Made by a program: the position numbers and the translations under genes. A stretch of 63,957 bases of DNA, counting the filler, from Caldilineae bacterium (lineage in GTDB: Bacteria; Chloroflexota; Anaerolineae; DTLA01), in NCBI GenBank assembly GCA_037446815.1. It is 9 parts of 9 records of this genome, joined end to end, with 100 filler letters (N's around TTAATTAATTAA, not from the genome) between each part and the next. Parts side by side here need not be neighbours in the genome. Positions count along the whole stretch, not along the records: positions 15,323 to 22,653 come from JBBIHX010000142.1; positions 22,754 to 30,082 come from JBBIHX010000143.1; 7 more parts are not named here. One strand, written 5' to 3'. The notes beneath the pieces were generated by a model. The model did no database searches. It saw only the letters and a program-made list of their open reading frames with translations, and was not told the origin of the DNA. Position 1 is the first letter of the stretch. The number at the start of each line of letters is the position of its first letter. Of this stretch, positions 19,146-28,654 are shown piece after piece.

Positions 19146-19378
19146 TTTGCCGCCTCGGCTAGGGGATAGATCACGTCGGCGCGCAGCGCGTCCTTTGCGA
19201 AGCCGATGGCTGCCAGAACCGCTTCGCGCGTCAACTGGGGATGTGCGTCAAGAATCTGCTCCACCGTTTCGCCCGCCGCCAGTTTCTCCAGGATGAGTTC
19301 AACCGTGATGCGGGTGCCCGCGATCACGGGTTTTCCCATCATTACGTTCGGGTTGGATACGATCCACTGCCTTCCCAT
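19142..19378 (-). CDS. DUF433 antitoxin
   Basis: IVSNPNVMMGKPVIAGTRITVELIL...HPQLT motif. Confidence 0.9.
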   Translation of the reverse strand: MGRQWIVSNPNVMMGKPVIAGTRITVELILEKLAAGETVEQILDAHPQLTREAVLAAIGFAKDALRADVIYPLAEAAK

Positions 19379-19456
19379 AACCCGTTCCTCCGTTCGCCCT
19401 GTCGGAACCGCTACTGTCCCCTGCCATACCGCGAGGTGAACCGCTTCTCTATCGTG

Positions 19457-19484
19457 ATTATACGCGACTTCTCGCCGTCGTCAA
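19457..19484 (-). promoter_or_regulatory. Sigma70-type promoter of TA operon
   Basis: TTGACG-16bp-TATAAT on minus strand. Confidence 0.5.
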
Positions 19485-19499
19485 CGAGGGTTGAGCCTG

Positions 19500-19650
19500 G
19501 ATTCAGTTCTATGTTGTGTTGGTCTGTCCCGGACGCCGCCTCCCCGCTGTGTCATGCTGAGCCGAAGGCGAAGCATCTCGGTCAGCGAGATTCTTCGCGG
19601 CTTCGCCGCTCAGAATGACGGTAGATGCCAACAGACTCTGGAACCGACTC
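19500..19650 (+). mobile_element. MITE (151 bp) with 23-bp imperfect TIRs and 8-bp TSD TGAGCCTG
   Basis: GATTCAGTTCTATGTTGTGTTGG ... CCAACAGACTCTGGAACCGACTC; TGAGCCTG at 19492-19499 and 19651-19658; degenerate second copy starts at 19659. Confidence 0.85.
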
Positions 19651-19748
19651 TGAGCCTGGATTCGGGTGCAAACTGTGTTGGTGAGCCGCATGCACGCCCT
19701 CCTCGTGGGTCATTGCGAGCGAAGGCGAAGCGTCTCGCGCCTAGCGCG

Positions 19749-21332
19749 CTATGCGAGAACAATCGGCTCGCCCCACTGCGGCTGCCGGATGCGGATGCCG
19801 CTAGCGGCGAGTTGCGCCTCCCACCACTCGGGGTGCTCCGTGTGGATGGGGATGAGGATGTCGGGCTTGACGGTGGCGACAAACTCCACCAGTTCCGGGC
19901 CGGCGGCGTGGCCTGAGGCGTGCAGGGGCACGCGGTTCGGGTCGTCCGGATCGCCGTACAGCGTGAAGCCCATATGACGAACCCAGTTGCGCAAGCGCTC
20001 TAGGTCGGCGGCCTGCTCGTCGTCGTAGGCGCGGCTGCTGGAGTACAGGTAGATGCCCTCCTCCACCCCCTGCAGGTCCAGCAGGTCGTTGGCATCCCAC
20101 AGCGAGAAGCAGAGGATGTATGCGCCCGGGTTGCGCGAGACGTCCTCCGGCCCAAGGAGCGGCCTGGGCCAGGCGTCGCGCAGGGTGCGCTCCCACTGCC
20201 TGGGCGCCGCCTTCGGGTCGGCGTATAGTTGGAGCACCGGCCATTGTTCGGGCCGGATGTACCGATCGGGGTCGGCGATGGCCATGGCCTGGAGGAGGTA
20301 GGCATCCTTGGGCAGGATGAGGAGCGCACGGCCTGCCTCCTGGGCCACTTGCGCGAAGGATTCCAATCGCTCCACGTTGCGTGGCCCGAAATCGGCCACG
20401 ACAAGCCTGCCTTCGGCTTCCTTGACGAGGCGCAGGGCATTGGCGATGATGTCGGCCTCGGTGGTGGGCGAGGGGTCTGGGTCAGGGCGCGTGGCTTCGC
20501 AGAGGAGCGCGACGGGGCGCAATTGGGCCAAATCCTGGGCAAATCGGCGGCTCAGCGCGCCGTTCTTCCCGTGAAATCGCAGGTCGCCGGTGTAGGCGAC
20601 CCACCCTGCGGAGGTGCGGATGGCGTATCCGCCCGCGCCCGGGATGGAGTGGTCCAGCGGCCACCAGCGGATGGGCAGGCCGTTCACCGATTCGGGCGCG
20701 CGCTCGGCACAGGCGGGCGTGAAGGACTTGCCGCGGCCTGCGGTTGCGGGCAGATGCGCCCAGTAGTCTTGAGCCTCGGGGGATAGCGCACCGTCAACGA
20801 AATAGTGAGGCCTGCACTGGTAGGATGCCTTGCGGTCCGATTGCAGTTCGCCCGACTCCGACGGCGCGCGCGGACTGATGTAAGCCAGTTCGCGCTCAAA
20901 GTTGGATTGGCCGGTGATCTGCATAGCGCGGGCGATGAACGCGGTGATGCGGGTGCAGTAGATGGGGATGTTGAAGTTGACATAAGAAATGTCGGCGTTG
21001 TGGTCCAGATGCGCATGGGAGAAGAGTACGGCGTCGGCGGCAAGCCCATCGCGACGCAGGTCGCGGTAGCGGGGATGTGCGCGGAACCGCTCCCAGAGGC
21101 CGGGGAAGGCCAGGTCGTCGCGGTACAGGCCCTCCAGAGGAGGGATCAGGCCCAGCGCGAGGGGGTCCAACAGCCCACGCGCGGCACGCGGGCGCAGGAG
21201 TTCGTTGAAGAACTTCCCGGCGTGTCCGAAGTCAAGCCCAAAGTCCAGCAGGAGCCGCGCGTCGCGGTCTTCCAGGAGGATCTTGTTGCCGCCGATGCAG
21301 CCAACGGCTCCGTAGCATGTGATTGTGGTCAT
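19749..21332 (-). CDS. MBL/beta-CASP ribonuclease, RNase J-like
   Basis: IGGNKILL, LDFG, SHAHLDH, DHSIPGA, YTGD, HASGHA, PIHTEH. Confidence 0.85.
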   Translation of the reverse strand: MTTITCYGAVGCIGGNKILLEDRDARLLLDFGLDFGHAGKFFNELLRPRAARGLLDPLALGLIPPLEGLYRDDLAFPGLWERFRAHPRYRDLRRDGLAADAVLFSHAHLDHNADISYVNFNIPIYCTRITAFIARAMQITGQSNFERELAYISPRAPSESGELQSDRKASYQCRPHYFVDGALSPEAQDYWAHLPATAGRGKSFTPACAERAPESVNGLPIRWWPLDHSIPGAGGYAIRTSAGWVAYTGDLRFHGKNGALSRRFAQDLAQLRPVALLCEATRPDPDPSPTTEADIIANALRLVKEAEGRLVVADFGPRNVERLESFAQVAQEAGRALLILPKDAYLLQAMAIADPDRYIRPEQWPVLQLYADPKAAPRQWERTLRDAWPRPLLGPEDVSRNPGAYILCFSLWDANDLLDLQGVEEGIYLYSSSRAYDDEQAADLERLRNWVRHMGFTLYGDPDDPNRVPLHASGHAAGPELVEFVATVKPDILIPIHTEHPEWWEAQLAASGIRIRQPQWGEPIVLA

Positions 21333-21446
21333 TCTTTCCGCTCCTAGCCGATGCGTTCAGGGATGGCAGGCCGCGGACGCCGACGCGCCCTCTGGTACAT
21401 GATACCGACAAGAGGCTTCTGTGCCAAGCGCGGGGTCGCTCCCTCA

Positions 21447-22502
21447 CTAGTCCGGGCATGTACCCGGGAACTCCGACGCCTCCATCAGCGGGGGGCTGTC
21501 CATCAGGTGGGCGATGGCGTCCATGATTTTGGCGCGGTCGGGCAGGAGCACCATCGCGCCCTCCGGCGTTATCCAGTCCCTGACCATGGTGTAGTCAATG
21601 ACGCGGCTGTGAATCTGCTGGGGCGTGATGTCCTTGGCAAGGAGCGCCAGCGAGAGCACCTCCTGGAGGGACAGGTTGGTGTCCACCGAGTCCTTGAGGG
21701 CGGCCCAGATGCGCGGGATGCGGGGAATCATGCCCACATCCAGCGCGCGGTCGCGGATGCCCATGAGGACGCGCTGCTGGCGGCGGGTGCGGTCTATGTC
21801 GCCGCGGCCATGCCGTGAACGGGCGAACATGAGCGCCGTCTTGCCGTCCATGACCTGCAGCCCCGCCGGTACCTTGAGCAGGCGGAAGCCGCCGGGCGCG
21901 GAGTCGTCTATGAACTTGTCCTCAATGGGGCAATCCACGTCCACGGTGATGCCGCCCATGGCGTCAATGACGTGCTCAAACGCCTCAAAGTTGAGGCGGA
22001 TGTAGCGATGCGTCTCCAGGCCGAGGTTGTTGCGCAGCGTGTCGGCCACGAGCGCCGGCCCGCCGCCCGGGTACTTCAGCGTCTCCCCGAAATAGTCGGC
22101 CACGTTGATGCGGTTCTCGCCGACTTTGGGGATGCTGACCCACAGGTCGCGGGGGATGCTCAGGATGCCCACGGCTTTCTCGTCGCGGCGGATGGTAACC
22201 CACATGATGACGTCGGTGCGCCAGGGGCCGGTCTGGCCCGCGCGCTGGTCGCTGCCGAGGAGCAGGATGTTGAGGACGCGGTTGGCCGGGGGCACGGCCA
22301 GGGTGGGAATGGCGGTCGGCTCGGCTGTGGGCTCCTGCGTGGGAACGCTGGGCGGCATTGTGTCGGCGGGGGCCACGGTGGGCGGCAACGTGGGCTGGGA
22401 CGCGGGCGTGCTTGCCCGTGGCGCTAGAGTCGCGCAGCCGGAGAGCACCAGGGCCGTGATTACGATGGCCGCGCAGATGCGATGCAAGTGGATTCGTTTC
22501 AT
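21447..22502 (-). CDS. LCP (LytR-CpsA-Psr) family protein, predicted lipoprotein
   Basis: LSGC lipobox; NILLLGSD, RTD, LSIPRDL, ARSRH, D..R..RQQ; RBS GGAGG. Confidence 0.9.
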   Translation of the reverse strand: MKRIHLHRICAAIVITALVLSGCATLAPRASTPASQPTLPPTVAPADTMPPSVPTQEPTAEPTAIPTLAVPPANRVLNILLLGSDQRAGQTGPWRTDVIMWVTIRRDEKAVGILSIPRDLWVSIPKVGENRINVADYFGETLKYPGGGPALVADTLRNNLGLETHRYIRLNFEAFEHVIDAMGGITVDVDCPIEDKFIDDSAPGGFRLLKVPAGLQVMDGKTALMFARSRHGRGDIDRTRRQQRVLMGIRDRALDVGMIPRIPRIWAALKDSVDTNLSLQEVLSLALLAKDITPQQIHSRVIDYTMVRDWITPEGAMVLLPDRAKIMDAIAHLMDSPPLMEASEFPGTCPD

Positions 22503-22653
22503 CGTCTTTTCGTAACCTCCGCGGTGTCGCACTTTGGGTATGGTGCCTGCATTATCCCCTGCAATTTGCGGGCCAACGGGTGGGGCCCGTGCGAGGTCTG
22601 CCAATGATGAGCCTCGGCGGGTTTCTAACCTCACCTAACCCGTCCCACACCCT

Positions 22654-22753
22654 NNNNNNNNNNNNNNNNNNNNNNNNNNNNNNNNNNNNNNNNNNNNTTA
22701 ATTAATTAANNNNNNNNNNNNNNNNNNNNNNNNNNNNNNNNNNNNNNNNNNNN
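22654..22753. other. Artificial contig linker
   Basis: N44-TTAATTAATTAA-N44. Confidence 0.98.
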
Positions 22754-22756
22754 CTC

Positions 22757-22980
22757 GTGGAGCAAATTGGCAATTTGCTCCACTTTCCCCCACCCGTGCC
22801 ATCCGCGCTATCCGTGGATCAACCCTGGAGATGCTTCGCCCTCGGCTCAGCATGACGCAATGGGGCTGTCATTCTGAGGCGCGAAGCGCCGAAGAATCTC
22901 GCCATATCCGCCCCATCCGTGCCATCCGTGTTATCCGTGGACCAACCCTGGAGATGCTTCGCCTTCGCCTCAGCATGACA
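22757..22980. repeat. Mosaic REP-like cluster
   Basis: GTGGAGCAAATTGGCAATTTGCTCCAC palindrome, ATCCGTG repeats, duplicated GAGATGCTTCGCC...CTCAGCATGAC. Confidence 0.7.
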
Positions 22981-23066
22981 ACGCTAGCGCAGCAAGCGCG
23001 TGGCCTCGGACTTGTGTTTTCGCCCGCCGTCGTGTAAACTACGTCCACGTCAACGAGGAGAGCGCT

Positions 23067-24587
23067 ATGATCCGATTCCCACGCTGCAGTGGCATTCTGA
23101 TGCACCCAACCTCGCTGCCGAGCCGATACGGGATTGGCGACATGGGGCCTGCCGCCTACCGATTCGTGGATTTCCTGGCATCGGCAGGCCAATCGTACTG
23201 GCAGGTGCTGCCCTTGAGCCCCACCGGCTTCGGCGACTCGCCGTATCAGGGGCTGTCCGTCTTCGCCGGCAACCCGCTCCTCATCAGCCCCGACCTGCTC
23301 TTGGAAGAGGGCCTTCTCGCGCCCGAAAACCTCGCCCACGTGCCGCAATTCCCCGACGACCGCGTGGACTTCGGGCGCGTCATTCCGTACAAGACCGCGC
23401 TCCTGGAGCAGTCGTTCGCCTACTTCCAAAGCCACGCCACCGACGCCCAGCGTGCCGCCTTTGCCGCGTTCTGCGCCGACAATGCCTCCTGGCTGGAGGA
23501 CTACGCTCTGTTCGCCGCGCTGAAGGAACACTACAACCTGCGCCCCTGGCATGAGTGGGACAGGGACGTCGCCATGCGCCGGACCGCTGCCCTGGCGGAA
23601 TGGCGCGAGCGCCTCCGCGACCGCCTGGAATCCCAGAAGTACCGCCAGTGGCTATTCCTCACCCAGTGGCTGCGGCTCAAGCGATATGCCAACGGGCGCG
23701 GCATCCGCATCATCGGCGACATCCCGCTCTACGTGGCGCTGGACAGCACCGACGTCTGGGCCAATCCGCGCCTGTTCCACCTGGACGAAAACCTGAAACC
23801 GACGGTAGTATCCGGCGTCCCGCCCGACTACTTCAGCGCCACCGGCCAACTCTGGGGCCACCCCATCTACCGCTGGGACCTCATGGCTGAGGAGGGCTAC
23901 GCCTGGTGGATCGCGCGGTTCCGCATGGCCTTCACCCAGGCCGACGTGATTCGCATTGACCACTTCAGGGGCTTCTACAACTACTGGGAGGTTCCCGCCG
24001 GGCAGGAGACCGCTGTCGTGGGCCGCTGGCTCTATGGGCCGGGCGCCCGCCTGTTCCACGCGGTGAACCAGGCTCTGGGTGAGGTCTCCATCATCGCCGA
24101 GGATCTGGGCGACTTTGACACGGCCTCGCGCGCGGGCGTGGATGCGCTGAAGGCGGAGTTCGGCTACCCCGGGATGAAGATCCTCCAATTCGCGTTCGGC
24201 GGGGACCCGAGCGACCCATTCCTGCCGCACAACTACACCCGCGACTGCGTCGTGTACACCGGCTCGCACGACAACGACACGACGCTTGGCTGGTACCAGG
24301 TAACGTCCACCGAGAAAGAGCGCGATTTCGCGCGCCGGTACATGGGAGTGGATGGCTCCGACATCGCGTGGGACCTCATCCGCCTAGCGTGGGCGTCTGT
24401 CGCGAATACTGCGATGACCACCACCCAGGACCTGCTCAGCCTCGGCCATGAGGCGCGCATGAACCTCCCCGGAAGTTCCGGCGCGCCCAACTGGTGCTGG
24501 AGAATGCTTCCCGGCGCGCTGACCGATGCGGTTGGCGCCCGGCTGCGCGAACTCACCTTCATCTACGGACGGCTCAGACAAGGATAA
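23067..24587 (+). CDS. malQ: 4-alpha-glucanotransferase (amylomaltase, GH77)
   Basis: GILMHPTSLP, WQVLPL, GVPPDYFSATGQLWG, RIDHFRG, AEDLG, YTGSHDND, RMNLPG. Confidence 0.96.
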   Translation: MIRFPRCSGILMHPTSLPSRYGIGDMGPAAYRFVDFLASAGQSYWQVLPLSPTGFGDSPYQGLSVFAGNPLLISPDLLLEEGLLAPENLAHVPQFPDDRVDFGRVIPYKTALLEQSFAYFQSHATDAQRAAFAAFCADNASWLEDYALFAALKEHYNLRPWHEWDRDVAMRRTAALAEWRERLRDRLESQKYRQWLFLTQWLRLKRYANGRGIRIIGDIPLYVALDSTDVWANPRLFHLDENLKPTVVSGVPPDYFSATGQLWGHPIYRWDLMAEEGYAWWIARFRMAFTQADVIRIDHFRGFYNYWEVPAGQETAVVGRWLYGPGARLFHAVNQALGEVSIIAEDLGDFDTASRAGVDALKAEFGYPGMKILQFAFGGDPSDPFLPHNYTRDCVVYTGSHDNDTTLGWYQVTSTEKERDFARRYMGVDGSDIAWDLIRLAWASVANTAMTTTQDLLSLGHEARMNLPGSSGAPNWCWRMLPGALTDAVGARLRELTFIYGRLRQG

Positions 24588-24598
24588 GAGAGGGCACT

Positions 24599-25330
24599 AT
24601 GTCCGTCCCGGACTTTCCCGTTGACCTTCAACGACGTTTTGAGGCCGACATTGTAAACGATAGAATCCCTCGCGGCTTCAAGGCCGGGGTTGAGCCATTC
24701 GCCGCCCGCTACGACGCATCGCCCGAAGACATGCGCCGGATCTTGCATGCCTGCCACCGCAAGGGGTTGCTGGAACCCGCGGGCGACGAGTTTGTGGTGC
24801 TGGGCCTGCTGGCGCCGCAGGTGGAGAGCCTGTTCCAGCACACCAGCCGCGCAGGATTGAGTCCCACATCTCAGGTGCGGCAAGTTGTCATTGAACCCGC
24901 CTCGGAGGACGCCGCGCGCCGCCTGGACGTCCCCGCTGGCTCGCCCGTCTACAGGCTGGAGCGCACCCGCGTCGTGAACGGCGAGGTCGTCGCCAATCAG
25001 GTGAACTTCATCCCGTTTGAAGTCTGCCCCGGATTGGAGTCCGACGACATGACGCACTACTCGTTCCAGATGCTTCTGGAGGGCAAATACCATGCAGTCG
25101 TGGCGCGTGTGCACGAGGAAGTCGCGTTTCGCGCCGCGGACGAGGCCGACCGCAAAGTCTTGGGCCTGGCGGAGGACTCCCCCGTGCTCATCGTGCAGCG
25201 ATTGAGCCTCAGCCGGACGGAGCGACCGCTGGTGTGGGCCGACATTCACATCCGCCCCGACCGCTACCGCTATGTCGCCTCGCTGTGGCCGCAGGCAGCC
25301 CGGCTGTTGGACCCGTTGCAAAAACCTTGA
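24599..25330 (+). CDS. GntR/HutC-type regulator with UTRA domain
   Basis: Degenerate N-terminal wHTH; A..L.VPAGSPVYRLERTR, ALGL...SPVLIVQR UTRA pattern. Confidence 0.75.
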   Translation: MSVPDFPVDLQRRFEADIVNDRIPRGFKAGVEPFAARYDASPEDMRRILHACHRKGLLEPAGDEFVVLGLLAPQVESLFQHTSRAGLSPTSQVRQVVIEPASEDAARRLDVPAGSPVYRLERTRVVNGEVVANQVNFIPFEVCPGLESDDMTHYSFQMLLEGKYHAVVARVHEEVAFRAADEADRKVLGLAEDSPVLIVQRLSLSRTERPLVWADIHIRPDRYRYVASLWPQAARLLDPLQKP

Positions 25331-25418
25331 GGCCGGCAATGTTACCGCAAGGCAATCATTAGCGGCGCATCGGGCAACTCGGTGTACTCTTATAGTACCA
25401 ACGTTGGGAGGGAAACCC

Positions 25419-26249
25419 ATGTCAGTTGCAGATACCCGAATCTACCCCATCAACACCGGATGGGCCGAAGCAGACCTCGGCACCTACATCTTCTTCAAAG
25501 GCCCGGGCGGCCAGAAGACCGAAATCCCCATGATCTGCTTCTACGTGGACACTGGCGAGCACAAGCTCATGGTGGACACGGGGATTCCCGACGCCGACCG
25601 CGCGACCCGCTACCACCACAAAGCCCGCAAGGCCGACTGCCTGGACAGCCCCGACGCGCTTCTGAAGATGGGCGTGAACCCCGACGACATTGACATCTGC
25701 ATCTTCACGCACCTGCACTGGGATCACGTCTCGTGCATGAAGCGCTTCCGAAACGCCCGCTACATCGTCTCGGCGGCGGAGTTGCAGTGGGCCTACAACC
25801 CCTTGCCGCTCTACTACCGCTCCTACGAATCGCCCATCCTGGGCATTGAAGCGCCCTTTGTCGGCTGCCACTTTGAGGTCGTGGAGGGCGAAACAACCAT
25901 TGTGCCCGGCGTCAAAGTCTTCCCAACCCCCGGGCACACGCCGGGCCACCAGTCGGTTGAGGTGCAGACCGCGGCCGGCGCCATCGTCCTCGTCGGCGAT
26001 GCCATCTTCACGTACCGCAACTTTGAGCCGAACCTGGACGAGCACTGGCGCTATTGGGTGCAGCAGCGATTCGTCAGTATGATAGACGGCTGGCGAAGCA
26101 TGGAGGAGATTGACCGGCGCTCGGACTTCATCCTGCCCTGCCACGACGCCAAAGTCATGGAGCACCCGGTGTATCCGTATCCCGATATGCCGCTCCGCAA
26201 GCGGAGGGAGCCCATTCCCGGCGCGCCGTTCTACTTCGCGGGGATCTAG
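25419..26249 (+). CDS. N-acyl-homoserine-lactonase-like MBL hydrolase
   Basis: VDTG, THLHWDH, TPGHTPGHQS, GDA, PCHD. Confidence 0.85.
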   Translation: MSVADTRIYPINTGWAEADLGTYIFFKGPGGQKTEIPMICFYVDTGEHKLMVDTGIPDADRATRYHHKARKADCLDSPDALLKMGVNPDDIDICIFTHLHWDHVSCMKRFRNARYIVSAAELQWAYNPLPLYYRSYESPILGIEAPFVGCHFEVVEGETTIVPGVKVFPTPGHTPGHQSVEVQTAAGAIVLVGDAIFTYRNFEPNLDEHWRYWVQQRFVSMIDGWRSMEEIDRRSDFILPCHDAKVMEHPVYPYPDMPLRKRREPIPGAPFYFAGI

Positions 26250-26276
26250 TCGCGCCCGCCACAAGCGAGGTGAACC

Positions 26277-27539
26277 GTGAGGAGCAAGCGTACTGTCGTT
26301 GTCGTGGCCACCCTGGACACGAAGGGCGAGGCCGCCGCGTACCTGCGCGACGAAATCGCGTCCTGGGGGCTGGACACCATCCTCATTGACCCGGGCGTGC
26401 TGGGCCGCCCGACGGTCAAGGCCGACATCTCGCGAGAGGAGGTGGCCCAGGCCGCCGGCACCACGCTGGCCGACCTCATTGCCCAGGGCAAGAAAGGCGT
26501 CTGCATTGCCAAACAGACCGAGGGCCTCTGCAACATCGTGCGCAGACTCTGGGAGGAAGGGCGGCTGGACGGCTTCGTGGCCATCGGCGGCGGGCAAGGC
26601 ACATCCATCGGCACCGCCGCCATGCGCGTACTGCCCGTGGGCGTTCCCAAACTCATGCTCTCCACCATCGCCAGCGGGCTATTCCGCTTCGGCCCGTATG
26701 TCGGCACAAAAGACATCTGCATGATGCACTCGGTAACCGACATCCTGGACGTGAACGCCGTCAGCCGCCCCATTCTCCGCAATGCGGCCAATGCCATCGC
26801 GGGCATGGCGCTGCGCCACCCCGCCCCGGCCCAACGCGAGAAGCCGGTCATCGCCGTTACGCAACTGGGCGTAACGACGCCCTGTGTGATGCGCGTGAAG
26901 GGCATCCTGGAGTCCAGGGGCTACCAGATTGTACCGTTCCACGCCAACGGCTCCGGCGGCCCCGCCATGGAAGACCTGATAGAAGCCGGCAAGTTCGTGG
27001 GCGTCATTGACCTCAGCGTGCACGAGGTCATTGACGGCATCTACGACGGCTTGGCCGGCGCCCAGAATCGCCTGGAATCGCTGACCCGCTACGCCATACC
27101 GGCCGTTGTATCCGTGGGCGGCAACGACTACCTGCTGTGGGAGAGCGTGGACAAGGCTCCGCCCGCCTACCGCGACCGGCCCAAGATGGTGCACAATGCG
27201 CAGATGACGGTGTTCCAGCCCGCGCCCGAAGAGATGGCCGCCGCCGCGCGTGCCATGATCGGCCCGCTCAATCGCGCCCTCGGCCCGACGCTGGTCATCA
27301 TCCCGACGGGCGGCTTCTCGGACATGAACCAGCCGGGCCGCGAACTGTACAACCCCGAGGGCAACCAGGCGATGATTCGCGCATTCCAGGACGGGCTTCG
27401 CCCGGAGGTTCCGCTGGTGCTGATACACGCCCACATCAACAACCCGGTGTTTGCCGATGCGGTGGCCGACTGCATGACCCGCCTGTTGGATGGCGAAGCG
27501 CCTGCGGCCATCGCGGCGCGATACAGAAACGAGGGATAG
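26277..27539 (+). CDS. Tm-1-like (UPF0261) ATP-binding domain protein
   Basis: TLDTKGE, GGGQGT, LPVGVPKLMLST, YVGTKDI.MMHSV.D, FHANG.GG.AME, HINNP.FA. Confidence 0.9.
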   Translation: MRSKRTVVVVATLDTKGEAAAYLRDEIASWGLDTILIDPGVLGRPTVKADISREEVAQAAGTTLADLIAQGKKGVCIAKQTEGLCNIVRRLWEEGRLDGFVAIGGGQGTSIGTAAMRVLPVGVPKLMLSTIASGLFRFGPYVGTKDICMMHSVTDILDVNAVSRPILRNAANAIAGMALRHPAPAQREKPVIAVTQLGVTTPCVMRVKGILESRGYQIVPFHANGSGGPAMEDLIEAGKFVGVIDLSVHEVIDGIYDGLAGAQNRLESLTRYAIPAVVSVGGNDYLLWESVDKAPPAYRDRPKMVHNAQMTVFQPAPEEMAAAARAMIGPLNRALGPTLVIIPTGGFSDMNQPGRELYNPEGNQAMIRAFQDGLRPEVPLVLIHAHINNPVFADAVADCMTRLLDGEAPAAIAARYRNEG

Positions 27540-27543
27540 CGCC

Positions 27544-28635
27544 ATGAGGCTCACGGCGGACACGGACTTCGGTCGCGTGCGGCGAGCGATGCTCCGCCAA
27601 GGCGACAACGACCGCGTGCCGCTGTTTGAACTTTCCGTCCACAACACCATCAAGGCACGGTTTCTCGGGCGCCCCGTGCGGACGTGGGCGGATGAAGTGG
27701 CGTTTTGGCAGGGGGCCGGGTACGACTTCGTGCCCGTGCGCGCCGGAGTCCGCTCGCTGGCGCGCGGCGTGCACCCCGCCGTAACCGAATGGCTCCGGCA
27801 GCGAAACCCCGAAGCCCTCCAGCAGCAGGCCCACGGGTGGGCCAGCGAGACTGTGGGCATCATCGCCACGCGCAGCGACTTTGAGCAGTTCCCGTGGCCG
27901 GAGCCCGAAAGCCTCAGCGGCTACGAGGCCCACCCAACCCTGGATGCCCAAATGACTGCCATCGCAGAGTGCCTTCCCCCGACCATGAAAGCCATCGTCC
28001 AACTGGGCTACATCTTCATGGGCGCGTGGCAAATCATGGGGCTGGAGAACTTCAGCCTCCAGTTGGCCGACGACCCGGCCTTCGTGAAGGCGGTCATAGA
28101 CAAACTCGGCGGTCTGCAGATGGCCGTGCTGGACATCTTGCTGCAGCACGAGTGCGTCGGGGCCATCTGGATGCCCGATGACCTGTGCTACAACGCCGGC
28201 CCGCTGGTGTCGCCCGCAGTGTACCGTCGGCTCGTGTACCCGTGGTACCAGGCCATCGTCGCGCGATGCCACCAGGCCGGCATTCCCATCGGATTTCACA
28301 GCGACGGAGACCTGACCCACGTGCTGGCCGACCTGGTGGATTGCGGCTTTGACTGCATCCACCCGTTTGAGCCGCCCATGAACGACATCGTCGCTGTCAA
28401 GCGTGCGTGGGGGCATCGGATGTCGGTGGCGGGCAACATTGACCTGAAGGCGACCCTGTGCGCGGGCACGCCCGCCGACGTAGAGGCCGAGGTGCGCGCG
28501 AAGGCCACCGCTTTGGCGCCGGGCGGCGGCTGGCTCATCGGCTCCAGCAACTCCATCCCCGACTTCGTCCCGTTTGACAACTACGTGGCGCTTCTGGAAA
28601 GCAGCCTGAAATACGGGCGTTGCGCGGCCCGTTGA
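27544..28635 (+). CDS. Uroporphyrinogen decarboxylase/MtaA-CmuA family protein
   Basis: DRVPLFE, WPEP, DDL, FHSDG, GNID, GG.LIGSSNSI...P..NY. Confidence 0.85.
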   Translation: MRLTADTDFGRVRRAMLRQGDNDRVPLFELSVHNTIKARFLGRPVRTWADEVAFWQGAGYDFVPVRAGVRSLARGVHPAVTEWLRQRNPEALQQQAHGWASETVGIIATRSDFEQFPWPEPESLSGYEAHPTLDAQMTAIAECLPPTMKAIVQLGYIFMGAWQIMGLENFSLQLADDPAFVKAVIDKLGGLQMAVLDILLQHECVGAIWMPDDLCYNAGPLVSPAVYRRLVYPWYQAIVARCHQAGIPIGFHSDGDLTHVLADLVDCGFDCIHPFEPPMNDIVAVKRAWGHRMSVAGNIDLKATLCAGTPADVEAEVRAKATALAPGGGWLIGSSNSIPDFVPFDNYVALLESSLKYGRCAAR

Positions 28636-28654
28636 CCCATGACGGAGGGCAGCG

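Noticed and set aside
18789..19378. Novel defence system
   Set aside because: Ordinary DUF433/DUF5615 toxin-antitoxin pair.
25419..26249. Quorum-quenching function
   Set aside because: The fold matches AHL-lactonase-like MBLs, but the operon context points to catabolism; the substrate cannot be assigned.
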